A stretch of 63,920 bases of DNA, counting the filler, from Reclinomonas americana ATCC 50394 (taxonomy: Eukaryota): NCBI GenBank assembly GCA_048213135.1. It is 28 parts of 28 records of this genome, joined end to end, with 100 filler letters (N's around TTAATTAATTAA, not from the genome) between each part and the next. Parts side by side here need not be neighbours in the genome. Positions count along the whole stretch, not along the records: positions 9,018 to 12,080 come from AFZH01024717.1; positions 12,181 to 15,242 come from AFZH01024718.1; positions 15,343 to 16,479 come from AFZH01024720.1; positions 16,580 to 17,633 come from AFZH01024721.1; positions 17,734 to 18,992 come from AFZH01024723.1; positions 19,093 to 20,866 come from AFZH01024724.1; positions 20,967 to 23,994 come from AFZH01024725.1; 21 more parts are not named here. One strand, given 5' to 3'. The position numbers and the translations under genes are program-made. Under the pieces are notes generated by a model. That model did not search any database. It had not been told where the DNA came from and worked only from the letters and a program-made list of their open reading frames with translations. Positions 9,018 to 21,349 of this stretch are shown here, in pieces (the stretch's first letter is position 1; every line of letters starts with the position of its first letter).

Positions 9018-12000
9018 AATGTCTGCGGCAGCGACAAGCCGACGACGCACTGGCTCGTGAGATTGCTGATGCCCCGATGGAGCTGCGTTTCTCATCCGCA
9101 GACACCAGCGACGATGATGATGCCAGTTGATGGCGTCCTCGAGCGCGTTGCGCCGAAGAGCGATCCGGTGATGATCGACAGTGGCGGCAGTCTCCGTGAG
9201 TCCGCCGCTGCAGCCCCCATGGACGATGATGATGATGAGGAGGAGGAGGAGGAGGAGGATGTGGAGAGTGTTGTGCAAGCGACGGTGTGTTGCTGCGGTT
9301 TCTGCTTCGTGATTGGTTCATTCTCACGTTGTGGGTGATGCAGACTATGTGTGCGTCGAGGAAGAGGCTGAGCCGAGCTCGGACGAGGACGAGGACGAGG
9401 ACCATGATTATGAGGCGTACGCCGCTGACGAGAGTGAGCGAGAGCTTCAGCGCGACCTCAAGCGGGCTGCTGCCGAGCTGGAGGCGTTCACCGACGAGGA
9501 GCATCAGCGCGTTGTGAACATGATTGAGGAATTCACTGCCAAGCAGATGGTACGTGCGCATGTGAGCGTCATCATGCTAATGTTACTACTGGTGATGCGA
9601 GTGCCTGAATTTGCCTGTGCGCACAGAAAGTCATCCCGCCCGACAACCCGTTCGCGCCTGCCAAATCACTCGAACACGCCCTTCTCATGCAATTCATCGA
9701 GCTGGTGAAACTCAGTCACAGCCAACAAGAGCTGCTTTATGCGCTTCTTACGTATCCCCGAGCCAACTTCAACAAGGACACCACCCCGAAGATATCCGAC
9801 TGGCGGTGCAAGTTGAGCACATTTGGGTTTGCGGCGTCGGAGTACGTGGAGAGCGCCACGCACTTCAACGAGCAACCAGGCCACTACATGCGGCTGGAGA
9901 AGGCCATTGCTCGTCAGCTGGCACTGCCTGGTACACTGGATAGCCTCACACCTCGTCACTTGCATGTTGCTGGCAAGGTCAGCGTGTGTGTCGCCCGCTC
10001 CCCGTGACGGCACCTCCGCAGACACCTGGCAGCGTTATTCGTCGCGGGCCCATGACAGGGGCGCGAGTGAAGACGAAGGAGCTCGAGATGCATGCTCTTG
10101 TCACGTATGCGACCCTCGGGAACGGCAAGCGCGTCGCTCTCTGGAAAAACTCTTTTGTGTGCGCTGCTGTTAACGGCGCGGACGTGATTGCCAATTGCAA
10201 GGTGCTGAATTCGTGTGATGTCGTTGAGTTGTTGATCATCATCCACTGTCGTTTGTGCTGGCATGCATCCCGTGTTGCCAACGTGTACACTTGCGCATGT
10301 GGCAGGTGGGGCCCAACGGAGTCAAAAGAACCGTGGTGCAATTGTGGTTGTTTGACAGCCATCCGTATCCCTCAGTTGCGCCGATTCATGTTTGATTGTT
10401 GTCTCCTGCAGTAGCGCTGACAAACAGTGCTTTGCACGGCAGAATAATGTTCGTGTTTGGGGTGAACGAGCAGCAGATGTGGCTCAGCGCTTTGCTTGCC
10501 TCTTGGTGTGGCCGAGACATCCGTCAACGGCGGCTGTTGTGGAAGTCACACTCAATCCCGGGACGGTGCTCGGACGAGTTTCCAGTCCAGTTTTCCGATG
10601 GAGCGAAGTGGACATGCTTTCCGCCGATCGTCCACGCAGCGTCCCATTGCTGTGCGTCATTCCGACAAATGTTGTTGCTGGCGGCAAGATGGCCTTTGTG
10701 CAATGCACCGACGATCAGATTCGCGGCACTGAGAGTGGTGTCGCGCTGACGGTAGGCTGTCGTTGTTCTCGGCTGCTCATTTCGCAGTTTGTTAGACTAA
10801 GAGAGAGAGACTCTCTTGATTGCAGTATGATAACACGATGGAGGTCCGGGCAACAGAGGCCGGCGCGGACGAAGTGGTGGTATTGTTTGTAAAGACAGAC
10901 TATGATGATTTCAAGGGTGAGCGATGTGGACTTTGTTTGTTGCCAGCAGCATGCGTGCACTGACTGTTTTCGTTGTCACGCTGATGCAGAGTCACTGAGC
11001 ACACGCGCGCAGCGACCAACAGGAACATTGCACCTGGCGATTGTCAATCGGCCGGCCGATGAGCTGCGCGCTGGAAAATCCCGCTACTTCCCGTGCGTTG
11101 GTCTAACGCCACCAGGTGCGCATACGCGGGTAGTGATGAGCGGTGTTTACGCTCGAGGTGCTTACGCTCGAGAATGGTCTCGCAGAGACGAGCAACATGT
11201 CAGCATACAAACAGCTCACCATTTCGATGAACCGGCTTCGGAATGGCTTTCTGGCGGAAATCAATGGCCAGAAGTTGTGGGTGGTCGCCGACCTGCTGTT
11301 CCACTCAGCCGACGGCCCTGAGGCGCAGGAGGCTGCTGCGGTCATTCGCCAGCTACACTGCTGGTGGTGCGATGGTGAGTGCGTGTAATGGAGCACTCCC
11401 GTTGTGTTGCATAATCCCCACTTGCGCGGTGGTGCATGCTGGCTACAGGACTGGATCGAATGTTATCCACTGCCCGCAGACTGCCGCACCCTGTCGTTGT
11501 CCGCGACCAATTTGTCGGCGTGCGACCGAAGGTGGTTTGGCGCAATCTAGACCACACACGTGAAGTGGTTGCGAAGAGGAAGATGTCGGTTATACTGGGT
11601 GTGGCAGGTGACAGAAACCCTGCATCGGCGCTCGTCACCGACTTGCCGGACTTTAACGTGCGTGCCTGTGTATGTGTTTGAGATCTTCCCTCGCCCTCAG
11701 AAAACTCACAATCGACACCCCCCGCATGCAGGTTCATCGCGACATCTTGCTGCCCATCGATCTTCACATGGTTGCTGAGGGCATTGCTGTCCGTTTCCGC
11801 GTCACACTCGAGACCTGCTTCCTGCGTCTCGTCGACCAGAAGAGCATCGTCGGCCAGATGATGTCGGACCTGGCCGATTTCATAAGTGCCATGTCTGGCG
11901 ACGATCCGACACTGGCTCGCGTCATTTACTCATTCGCCAACAACTGTGGTTCCTTCCTTGGACGAGACTGGATCGCCGTAACTCATGTCATCATGTTTGC

Positions 12001-12080
12001 ACTTCGAGGTGAGGCCACACATACACACACGCATGCATTCGGAGTTGAGCGTGAGCACTCACTGAGAATGCTCGCCTCAC
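9018..12080 (+). mobile_element. Multi-exon CMC (CACTA/Mirage/Chapaev)-like DDE transposase gene, partial (eukaryote)
   Basis: Spliced motifs in order: LFVKTDYDDFK|ESLSTR...LAIVNRPADELR...CVGLTPP|ETSNMSAYKQLTISMNRLRNGF...ADLLFHSADGPEAQ...HCWWC...LLPIDLHMVAEGI. These parallel the D...NLP..R / L..G / AD.PA...CxxC / DxxH..EG pattern of Transposase_21/Plavaka-type enzymes. Element termini are not in the contig. Confidence 0.55.
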
Positions 12081-12180
12081 NNNNNNNNNNNNNNNNNNNN
12101 NNNNNNNNNNNNNNNNNNNNNNNNTTAATTAATTAANNNNNNNNNNNNNNNNNNNNNNNNNNNNNNNNNNNNNNNNNNNN

Positions 12181-15100
12181 AGGAATCGGGAGAGGGCATT
12201 GGCGGCGTGGAGCAGGATTCATTCACCACACCGACCTCCAAGGGCGGCAATCGCGGCAAGCCTGGGGTTCGTCTTGTTGTGCATAGTGGCGTTCTTCTGT
12301 TCCTTGCATTCATCACAATGATGCATCCGTACGCAGCCCACCAGCGCTGTCGCCAAGGCCGAGCAGCGCAGACAGACGCGTGAGATGTTCAAGGCCAAGT
12401 ACGAGGCCCTGGAGGCACGTCGACCAGGCGAAGAGTTGAGTCCTCTCTTTGTTTGTCAACCAGTTTGTATGGGCGGCAGGGAACTGACACGGTGGTGGCG
12501 CTGCGCAGCTACGAGGATCCACGCGACGCCACAGCCATTGCCTATGCAGAGCGCAACAAGGGCGATTTCAAGCTGAAGGAGGATCCGGCGTATGTGGTGC
12601 CCGAGCATCTGCGTGTGAACGCCGAGAAGAAGCTGCGACAGATGATTCTGCTGGAGGAGAGCATTTACACACTCAAGATGGTACGCTGTGCCTGCCACAT
12701 GTGTGTACGTGTGCATGTTGCTCATGCAGAAATTCGTGCAGGATTTCAATGAGCGCTTCCTGGCGTTGCGTGATCTGAAGGAGCGCATGATCCGACACAT
12801 CCAAGACGACATGAAGGAGATTCAGCGCATCAACGAAGAACTCGGTTTGCCGTCGGATGCTCCGCTGCTGGAGACCACCGAGTCACACGATGATGAGTAT
12901 CCCGAGCGCCGCACCGACTACACGCGCGACGACCTCGTGAAATTCGAGAAGCGCCGTGCTCGTGAACAGAAGGCTGCGGCCCGTGCTGCACGCTCGGGTG
13001 GTGGTCTCGGCCTTGGCGGTGGCGGCGGACACGAGAGTGACGAGGAGGACGACCACGAAGAGGAGCAGGATCAGGCCGGCAAGCCGGGCGCGGCGGCCGC
13101 GGGTGCCGCTGGCACTGCAGGCGCCGGTGCTCCGTCCGTCACTGGCACAGGGCCAGTGGCCTCGATGGCGGGTTCGGCGGCTCAGACGGGCGGCACGGGC
13201 CAGCCACCACCACTGCTCAAGACACTTGGCGATGCCGGATCGATGCTGGGCTCGTCTGCCAGTTTCACACTCAATCGCTGTGCGTAACCACCACCACTGT
13301 GCATGATTCGGCCATCTCGCGTGTGACTTACGCGTGTTCTCTTTGTGTTCTGCAGCGGGTACGCAGCGCAGCTTGCGATCCAACAAAAAGGCCACCACCA
13401 AGAAGGAGATCACGAGGCTGCATAACCTCGAAGCTCTTCGTCGAGAGCGACTGACGCGTGTGGAGACGTCGGAGCTGGAGAAGGTCGAGCGCACCGTGTA
13501 CGTCTCCACCTTGATCAACAAGAAGGAGCGCCTGATTAGCGTTGCGTCTTGTGTGCCTTTTTGCTTGTCACGCTGAGTGCAACTGCGCTCACTTCGGCTG
13601 TGTTTGAATAACAGAAAACCAAGCGCACCATCACCACGTTTGATACGGCGCTCGAGGAGCTGTACGTGGAGAAGCTGAAGTTGGAGGCTGGTACGTAAGC
13701 CACCAGTCGAACGAGATACACACACTCTCGCCCACGAGCACGCACTGACTTGAAGCTTTCTTTTTTGACAGATCTCAAGACGACCGACCTCAAGATCCTC
13801 CTTCTGTACCGCGAGCTGGTGCTGCTGAAGGACCTGGAGAAGAATGACCGCGAGTTGGCCATGTTGTTCGAGAAGCAACGACAGGAGAAGCTCAACCTGA
13901 GCCTCAAGGTGTGTGCTGCTGCCAAAACGATTACAATAGTTCCTCGGTTCTCAAGCCTCTCTCCAGATGGCCGACTGCGACGACCGCCTCATGGACAAGA
14001 AGCGTGAGCTGGAGGACATTTTGTCACGCGAAAAGTCCATCATCTCGGAGATGACTCGGTTGACGGAGAAGGATGCGGAGAGCGAAGGCAGCTTGTCGCT
14101 GTGGAAGATCTTCCGCAAGAAGGTGAAGCGCGTGAAGAAGACCGAGGGTGGCGACGTGGACGAAGAGGAGGACGACGACGACTTTGACTTTGACAACTTT
14201 GACGACTTTGAGGACGAGGACGAGGAGGAAGAGGAGCACTGCCCGGATGGTGTGTCGGAGGAGACGTACCAGCGTGTGCTGCAGCTGCGCGAGCAGAAGC
14301 TCGATGAGGAGGAGCGGCTGGCCGAGTTCTACACGTCGATGCAGGGTCTCAAGCGTGAGCACGACGACTATGTCAAGAGAGACACGGCGGTCGACGCGGC
14401 ACTGCAGGAGACCGAGGCCAAGATCCAAAAATTCCAGACTCAGAAGCAGAAGAAGCTCAACGAGCTTTTTATTACGGTGCGTGTGTGCTGCTTTGTTTTT
14501 GCGTCTTGCCGCTGCTGACACTACTGCTTCCCACATAACAGGTGCCACTGAAGATCGATCAAGTGCAAAATCTGATGGAGGGCAAGTTCCCATCCAAGGA
14601 CCTCAGCACATCGATTGTGTTTACGCGCAATGCCCTGCAGGCACTGCATCAGAGAATACGAGACCTGGTCAAGGTACACCACACACGCTTTGCAATGCTT
14701 CTCCATCATCGCTTCGCTCTCGTACTCACTTGCCTCTCTCTCTCTAACAGGAAAAAGTCGAGTTGATGCGTCTGCAGAAGCGGTTGGTTCGCGAGTACCG
14801 AGCCAACCTCAAGGTGCAGGAGGAGAAGCAGCGTGAAGTCGAAGCGTTGCGTCTCTTTTGTCATGTGTTTCTGTACTCCTGCTCCAATAGTCTGACTGAC
14901 CGCCACCACAGAATCGAAGCCAAGGTGGTAGAGGTACAGCTGATGCGCTTTGGCCAAACTGTGAATCTCGAGGACCTCGACAAGGCCGAGTTGGACAGTG
15001 CGTCGGAGGATCTGCGTGCAGAGATTTCCGAGCTCGAAAAGGCGCAGCAACGGCAGCTGCAAAAGTGGGAGGTGAGTTTTTGATAGACTGGTGTCGGTTG

Positions 15101-15242
15101 TCTGGCGACACAGAGAGATTGACTGATGTGTTGTTGCTGTGCAGGACCACTTGGTGCAAGTGAAGATGGATCTGTCGGAGGTGGTGCGCGAGAACACCAG
15201 CAAGCTGGAACAGCTGGCTGATCTGCAAGGGCAGTTGCAGGC
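12181..15242 (+). CDS. CFAP44: Cilia- and flagella-associated protein 44 (WDR52), internal C-terminal coiled-coil exons
   Basis: RPGED|YEDPRDATAIAYAERNKGDFKLKEDPAYVVPEHLRVNAEKK...FNERFLALRDLK; FDTALEELYVEKLKLEA|DLKTTDLKILLLYRELVLLKDLEK; KIFRKKVKR; CPDG..LREQKLDEEE; FQTQKQKKLNEL; VPLKIDQV; MRFGQTVNLEDLD. Many short GT-AG introns. Confidence 0.9.
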
Positions 15243-15342
15243 NNNNNNNNNNNNNNNNNNNNNNNNNNNNNNNNNNNNNNNNNNNNTTAATTAATTAANN
15301 NNNNNNNNNNNNNNNNNNNNNNNNNNNNNNNNNNNNNNNNNN

Positions 15343-15537
15343 ATCCTGTTCGTCTGGTCGATCACGCACGGCTTCTCGACCATGCTGATCGATGGCCAGC
15401 TCGCACCGCTCGAGATGCAGCCGGGCGGGCGCGAGCGGCTGATTGGGCTCTATTCCGGCCGGCTGATGCAGATGCTGCTCGCTGCTGTCGGGAGTTCGGC
15501 AGCCAAGCCACTCGCAAATCCCGCCAGCCATGGTTAG
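15343..15537 (+). CDS. TetR-family regulator, C-terminal WHG-type domain (partial)
   Basis: ILFVWSITHGFSTMLIDG (W..xHG motif), ending in TAG immediately before the sixA-like ATG. Confidence 0.6.
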   Translation: MLFVWSITHGFSTMLIDGQLAPLEMQPGGRERLIGLYSGRLMQMLLAAVGSSAAKPLANPASHG

Positions 15538-16074
15538 ATGGCGGCCATGCGCCGCCTCATGCTTCTGCGCCACGCCAAATCGGCCTGGCCCGCCAACACC
15601 GCCGATCGCGATCGGCCGCTCGCCACGCGTGGGCGCGAAGCTGCCCCGGTCATGGGCCGCTATCTTGCCGAGGAGCTGCTGCTGCCCGATCTCGTCCTGA
15701 TCTCGCCGGCCAAGCGCACGGTCGAGACCTGGGAACTGGTCAAGCCGATGCTCCCCGAGAAACCGGCGACGCAGTTCGAGGCGCGGATCTACGAGGCCAG
15801 CCGGGAGCGCCTGCTCAAGGTGGTGCAGGAGACCGACCCTGGCGTTCGCACGCTGCTGATGATCGGCCATAATCCCGGCTTCGAGGAGCTCGCCGCCAAG
15901 CTCGCCGGCCATGGCGACCGCTATGCCGCGGCGCGGATGGCGCAAAAATACCCGACCTGCGGCCTCGCCGTGATCGATTTTGCGATCGAGGACTGGCGCG
16001 ATCTTGCGGCGCAGGGCGGCCGGCTCGACCGCTTCGTCACGCCGGCTTCGCTCGGCGAGGGGCCCGACGAATGA
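15538..16074 (+). CDS. SixA-like histidine phosphatase
   Basis: RRLMLLRHAKS, DRDRPLATRG, SPAKRTVET, IGHNPG, YPTCGLAV. Confidence 0.92.
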   Translation: MAAMRRLMLLRHAKSAWPANTADRDRPLATRGREAAPVMGRYLAEELLLPDLVLISPAKRTVETWELVKPMLPEKPATQFEARIYEASRERLLKVVQETDPGVRTLLMIGHNPGFEELAAKLAGHGDRYAAARMAQKYPTCGLAVIDFAIEDWRDLAAQGGRLDRFVTPASLGEGPDE

Positions 16075-16087
16075 GGCGGATCGCCTG

Positions 16088-16479
16088 ATGGCGTCCGGTT
16101 CCTATCTCGACGAGGCGCGCAATGCCGCGCTCGCCTTCGGCGACAGCTTGCTGGGCTTCGCCAGGCCGCGCCTGCGTATCGGCGTCACCGGCCTGTCGCG
16201 CTCAGGGAAAACGGTCTTCACGACAGCGCTGATCCAGAACCTGGTCGAGGGCGCCAGGCTGCCCGTGCTGAAGGCCTCGGCGGAAGGGCGGATCGCCCGG
16301 GTCAGGCTGGTGCCGCAGCCCGATCCCGAGATTCCGCGCTTTCCCTATGAGGCGCATCGCGCGGCGCTGTCCGGTCCGGATCGGCGTTGGCCGGACTCGA
16401 CCCGCCGCATCTCGGAGCTTCGGACCGAGATCGACTACGAGCGCGCCGAGGGCTGGTTCAAGGGGCCGGCGACGCTGAC
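16088..16479 (+). CDS. ycjX: YcjX-family P-loop protein, 3'-partial
   Basis: RLRIGVTGLSRSGKTVFTTAL, PRFPYE, WPDSTRRISELR. Confidence 0.92.
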
Positions 16480-16579
16480 NNNNNNNNNNNNNNNNNNNNN
16501 NNNNNNNNNNNNNNNNNNNNNNNTTAATTAATTAANNNNNNNNNNNNNNNNNNNNNNNNNNNNNNNNNNNNNNNNNNNN

Positions 16580-16870
16580 ATCCCTCTCGGCATCGGCCAG
16601 TTCCTGTTCGGGCTGGGCATGGGCCTCGAGGACCCGAACGAGATGGGCTATCGCCAAGCTGTCGCGCCCGACGAGATGCAGGGCCGGTTGAACGCCTCGA
16701 TCCGCACGGTCAACCGGGTCATGTTCCTCATCGGCGCGCTGATCGCCGGCGGGCTCGCCACCGCCTTCGGGTTCCGCGTCACGATCGGTGTGAGCGTGGT
16801 GATCTTCGTGGTCGCGGCGCTCATCGTGCTCTTGTCACCGCTGCGCACCGCGCGGCACGAAGACCTCTGA
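16580..16870 (+). CDS. MFS transporter, C-terminal part (actinobacterial)
   Basis: YRQAVAPDEMQGRLNASIRTVNR...IGALIAGGLATAFGFR...SPLR. Confidence 0.8.
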   Translation: MPLGIGQFLFGLGMGLEDPNEMGYRQAVAPDEMQGRLNASIRTVNRVMFLIGALIAGGLATAFGFRVTIGVSVVIFVVAALIVLLSPLRTARHEDL

Positions 16871-16883
16871 AGCCGAGCCGGGC

Positions 16884-17633
16884 TCACCGAGCCGAGTCGA
16901 CGCCCGTGCGATGGATGCCGAGATCGGTGCGATCTGCCAGGATGTCGGCGCGGAGAGCTCTCGTGCCGCGATAGTCGCCATCCTGCAGGCGTCGGTAGGG
17001 CCGGAGCTGCGTCTCCGTGCGGATGCCTGCGAGGCGCTGACCGAGGCGGTCGAGTTCCGCGTCGATACCCGTCGCGTCGAGTCCGTCGGCGTCGTGCACG
17101 ACGTGCAGGTCGAGCGGTTCGATGCCGGTGTACCAGAGTGTGCCGTGCGTCACCGGGAAGAGCAGGGAGTCGATGTCTCCGCTGATGCCGCGCGGGCCGA
17201 TCGACCGCTCGTCCTCACCGGCGGTGACGATCACCAGAGCCCGCCGGCCAGCGAGCGGTCCGGCACCGTAGCGAAGCGGCACCCCGGTCTCGGGGTCGAG
17301 AGTGCCGTAAGCGAACCCGTTCGTGAGCACGCGATCGAACCATCCCTTCAGAATGGCGGGCACTCCGTACCACCACAGGGGGAACTGGAACACGAGGAGT
17401 TCGGCTGCGGCGACCTTACGCTGCTCCTCGATCACGTCGTCGGCCAGCTGCCCTGCAGCCTGGGCCTCGCCCATGAGGTCGACCACGTTGCCCGCACGGC
17501 CGAAGGGCTCGCCGAGATCCTTCGCCGACAGCACCGGATCGAAGCTCTGCGCGTAGAGGTCGGAGGTGACCACGTCGTAGTCGGCCGCGAGCTTCCGGGA
17601 TCCCTCATGGAAGAGTCGTGCGTTGAACGAGGT
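16884..17633 (-). CDS. NAD(P)H dehydrogenase (quinone), flavodoxin-like fold, 5'-partial
   Basis: SDLYAQSFDPVL, EQRKVAAAELLVFQFPLWWYGVPAILKGWFDRV, GRRALVIVTAG. Confidence 0.92.
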   Translation of the reverse strand, partial: TSFNARLFHEGSRKLAADYDVVTSDLYAQSFDPVLSAKDLGEPFGRAGNVVDLMGEAQAAGQLADDVIEEQRKVAAAELLVFQFPLWWYGVPAILKGWFDRVLTNGFAYGTLDPETGVPLRYGAGPLAGRRALVIVTAGEDERSIGPRGISGDIDSLLFPVTHGTLWYTGIEPLDLHVVHDADGLDATGIDAELDRLGQRLAGIRTETQLRPYRRLQDGDYRGTRALRADILADRTDLGIHRTGVDSAR

Positions 17634-17733
17634 NNNNNNNNNNNNNNNNNNNNNNNNNNNNNNNNNNNNNNNNNNNNTTAATTAATTAANNNNNNNNNNN
17701 NNNNNNNNNNNNNNNNNNNNNNNNNNNNNNNNN

Positions 17734-18992
17734 GATGGGCACGGCGAGCAGCCGCAGTGGGCTGCGGTGAAGGTGCTTCCCGTGTACACGCGTGGTGCGA
17801 AGATTGGGGTCTGTGGAGACTATGATTGCGTCTTGTTTTCGAGTTCATCAGCGCGCGCTCACACTCTCTCACACACAGATGCGTCCCGAGGACTTTGAGC
17901 GTGAGCGCAAAGCCCTGGATCTGGTGACCCGCAACCCACATGACAACCTGTGCCGCGTATACAAGGTGACAAACCTGCAAGCCAGGCGCGGTTTCAACGG
18001 TGCGCAGACCGAGTATCTTGGTACGTGGCAATCCGTGTGCGCGCGATGTCTAGCAAGTCTTGTCGGTCACTCCCTCTCCCTCTCCAGCCATGGAGTTTTA
18101 CAGTGGCGGTACTCTGGAGAACTTCGTCAAGCAGTATGTGATTGACGAGAGCCTGGCTGTTGCGTCGGTGTGGAGTCGTGACTGGTGACCAATGTTGTCT
18201 GAGATGAAGTTGTATTGTCGTTCGCAGGTGCACTTTACGTGGCAGTTGCTGCGAGGCCTCAATCACTTGCATACCATGCAGCCGGAGCCAATTGTGGTAA
18301 GTGTGTGCCCCTCGCTGCTTTCGTAATGATCGTGTGCGTGTTGTGCTGACCAGACGCACGCACAGCACCGCGACGTGAAAGTAAGCATGCGGAGCACCAG
18401 TGCTGCTGCCTGTCGTGTGGTCTCCTCATTTCCGTTTGTGTTTCGCAGTCGCAAAATGTGCTGCTGCATTATCAGCGTACCTCTGAGAAGCAGACTCGAC
18501 ATGTGGTGCTGAAACTGGTTGATTTTGGTTGCGTATTTCTTTTCTTCCTCTGTTTGTGTCCGCATCTCGTCTCACAACCGTTGGTGTTCAGGCACAAGCA
18601 AGCAAGTGGCCACGGGAGATGAACGACAAACGTACCGCGGCACCCCAGCGTGGATGGCTCCTGGTCTGCTTCTCCCTCTGCTCACTTTGCTTGATTTGCC
18701 TGTTCTCATGCTCCTTCATTTCTCGCTGTACACAGAGGTCACGTGTTAATCGATTGGTGTGAGCTCCTTGTTTTTCCCCGCTTTGTGATGCTGATGGCCA
18801 CCCACAGGTGCAAAACACTCGAGGAGCCACGGTCAAGAGCGACATTTGGTCGCTCGGATTCTTGGTGTTGGAGGTATGAGCGCCTGCTGTCCATCGCTGG
18901 CTTTCACATTGGTGACATGACACTCTCTATCTTCCGCGGCTGCAGATGCTGCTCGGTGGCAGTCAGCAGATTGCCTTGGTGCACGGCACCCC
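17734..18992 (+). CDS. Ser/Thr protein kinase domain, multi-exon, partial (eukaryote)
   Basis: Spliced: FERERKAL...PHDNLCR...MEFYSGGTL...HFTWQLLRGLNHLH...IV|HRDVK|SQNVLL...KLVDF|GTSK...GTPAWMAP|EV...ATVKSDIWSLGFLVLE|ML. Confidence 0.92.
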
Positions 18993-19092
18993 NNNNNNNN
19001 NNNNNNNNNNNNNNNNNNNNNNNNNNNNNNNNNNNNTTAATTAATTAANNNNNNNNNNNNNNNNNNNNNNNNNNNNNNNNNNNNNNNNNNNN

Positions 19093-20866
19093 TATTCGCG
19101 ACTGTTGACATTCTTGCAGCCCTCACCTTCGAGAGGACGTGCTTGCCGCCAAAGTAGACGATCTGTCGCAGGCTCGAACGCTTGTGGAGCCTTTTCAAGC
19201 TTGGCGCACGATGTTCTCGCGAGGTCTGTACTTGCGGCGGAGGGATATCATCGCGCAGCTGGTGGCGTTTTGCAACCCACATGTCGACGGTGGCATGTCG
19301 GTTGACGGGGATGAGCCGATGTCGAGTCAGACAGCGTCTGGCAACAGACTGTGTATCGTGCATGGCGACACGGGTACGGGCAAGACGTTTTTGTTCACCG
19401 ACATTGCCGACAAGTTTCGACTTGCTCACTTTGACCAGACGGACTCGGGTATGGAGGTTCGTGAGCGTCCGTGCACACCCATAGAAGTGTAACCGGCACT
19501 TTCGCTGACCGGACACAGAATATTGCTGATCTCGGCATGCCAATGGAGCGCATCGCTGGGTTTTACTTTGTGCGCCCCGACATCCCGGCGACGCGGCAAG
19601 CTGATCAGTTCGTTCGAACGGTGTCGTCGATGCTGCTCCGTTCGGTTCCGGGGTTTCGCGAGAGCCTCTACAACGTACTGCGAGCAGACGATGATGCCGG
19701 TAGTGTCCAGTTGACTGCAGACTGGGGCTCCCTCGTGCTCGATCCGCTTTCTCGCCTGCCGTGTGACCAGGATAGACCAGTTGAGTAAGTGCTTACTTTT
19801 ACCCGTCGTTGCCTGTGGCTAGTCGCTCACGTATTCCACTCGTCGCAGTCAAACAAGTTGTTCTTCATTGACGGACTGGAGCACGTTGCTGAGTCAGATG
19901 TCGATTTTCGGGCCACACTTCGCTCCATGTTCGTGTTATGTGTGTGTTTGCGTTACGCTTTGCTCGGCTCCCTCGTTGTCCTAACCGAGTTGGTCAGGAT
20001 CGTGGACTTCCCGCCGTGGCTCCACGTTGTGTGCTCGGGGGTCGGCGACAGTGAAGCAGCTGTCGGCAACGTGCAGTACCTGTTGAGGGCATCTGCCCAT
20101 GCACGCGTCGACCCCGTGCAGCTTGAGAGTAAGATGGACACGGTGTGTTTTGATGAACCAGAAGCTTATCGCCGCGTCGCACTCGAGTACGTGCACATGC
20201 GCGCCGAGAGTGAAGAAAGAGTGCGTCACGCGGTGCGGAGATGGGCTCCAGAGGAGGACGCTGGCGGCCAAGATGCTGCTTACATGCGGCTGTGCCACAC
20301 CGCCAACTACAACTTGGCGTATCTGTCGCAATTGCTTGATGTTGTCAGCAAGGGCGGATTGCAGAGTGGCAGTCTTCCCGAGGTGAGTGTTTACACTCTC
20401 CATGTCACCAGGGCGCCACCCATCATAATCTTCGTCTGTGCTTCGTCGCACAGGGACTCCCGGCGTTGTACCAGCAACTCTTCGAAAAGCTCTTTGCTTC
20501 TGACGGGCCTTCGTGGTCGGAGGCGTTGAGCGGGTGTGACGGAATCGACGAGGCTACCAGGGATCAAGTTGCCAACATACTCGATCATTGCAGAGGAGCG
20601 TCAGTTCGGTCGCTCGTTGAAGACTACACTGAGAAGCGGCAGCGGGAGATCCTTAATGGTGCCCTCAGACCATCTGGTTTGGCGCGGCTGGTTGATGCGA
20701 TTGTGCAGAAACTGAAGGCTGTTGAGTCGTCGGCATTTGCAACTGCGACGCCAGCTACTCCATGGTCGCCGACTGCGCTTACCTTTGGCGGCCCCACGTT
20801 CAACGAAGTCAAACCAATTTTGCAAGTGCTTCTCTGTTGCGTCTCGTTTTGAAATCGCGCGCAGCC
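19093..20866 (+). CDS. STAND/NACHT-like P-loop NTPase (TANC/NPHP3-like), multi-exon, partial
   Basis: RRDIIAQL; Walker A IVHGDTGTGKT; IAGFYFVRPD...FVRTVSSMLLRSVPGF; VLDPL; Walker B FFIDGLE; FPPWLHVVCS; NLAYL; LP|GLPALYQQLF. Confidence 0.7.
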
Positions 20867-20966
20867 NNNNNNNNNNNNNNNNNNNNNNNNNNNNNNNNNN
20901 NNNNNNNNNNTTAATTAATTAANNNNNNNNNNNNNNNNNNNNNNNNNNNNNNNNNNNNNNNNNNNN

Positions 20967-21349
20967 CTGAGTGGGTGTCGTCCGTGACCGTTACCCCTGA
21001 CTCTCAGCACATCGTGAGCGGGAGCGGAAACAACACCGTTCGGGTGTGGTCTCTGGCGAGTGGCGAGGAAGTGCGACTGTTGGAGGGTCATGACGGATGG
21101 GTGTCATCCGTGGCCATCTCTCCCGATGGTCAGCATATTGTGAGTGCCGGTGGCCAAGATAAGACGATACGAGTGTGGTCCACACCGCGTGGTCTTGCTC
21201 GTCTCGAACTCGACGCCGCGCGGTCGGCCATGCAGGCTGTGCAGGAGATGCAGGAGGACGAAGAGGAAGTTTATTCGCGCTGTTTGCCAGAGCTGGTTCT
21301 GCGCTGTTTCATCGTCGAGGATGCCGAGGTCGTTCTTTTCCGGTGCTGA
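20967..21349 (+). CDS. WD40-repeat protein, C-terminal repeats plus a conserved non-WD tail
   Basis: Two WD repeats (VSSVTVTPDSQHIVSGS..TVRVW; GHDGWVSSVAISPDGQHIVS...DKTIRVW), then STPRGLARLELD...SRCLPELVLRCFI and TGA at 21347-21349. Confidence 0.88.

Noticed and set aside
3061..9100. Bacterial genes next to eukaryotic genes as horizontal transfer
   Set aside because: Every switch of organism coincides with a linker; no contig contains both bacterial operon structure and spliceosomal introns.
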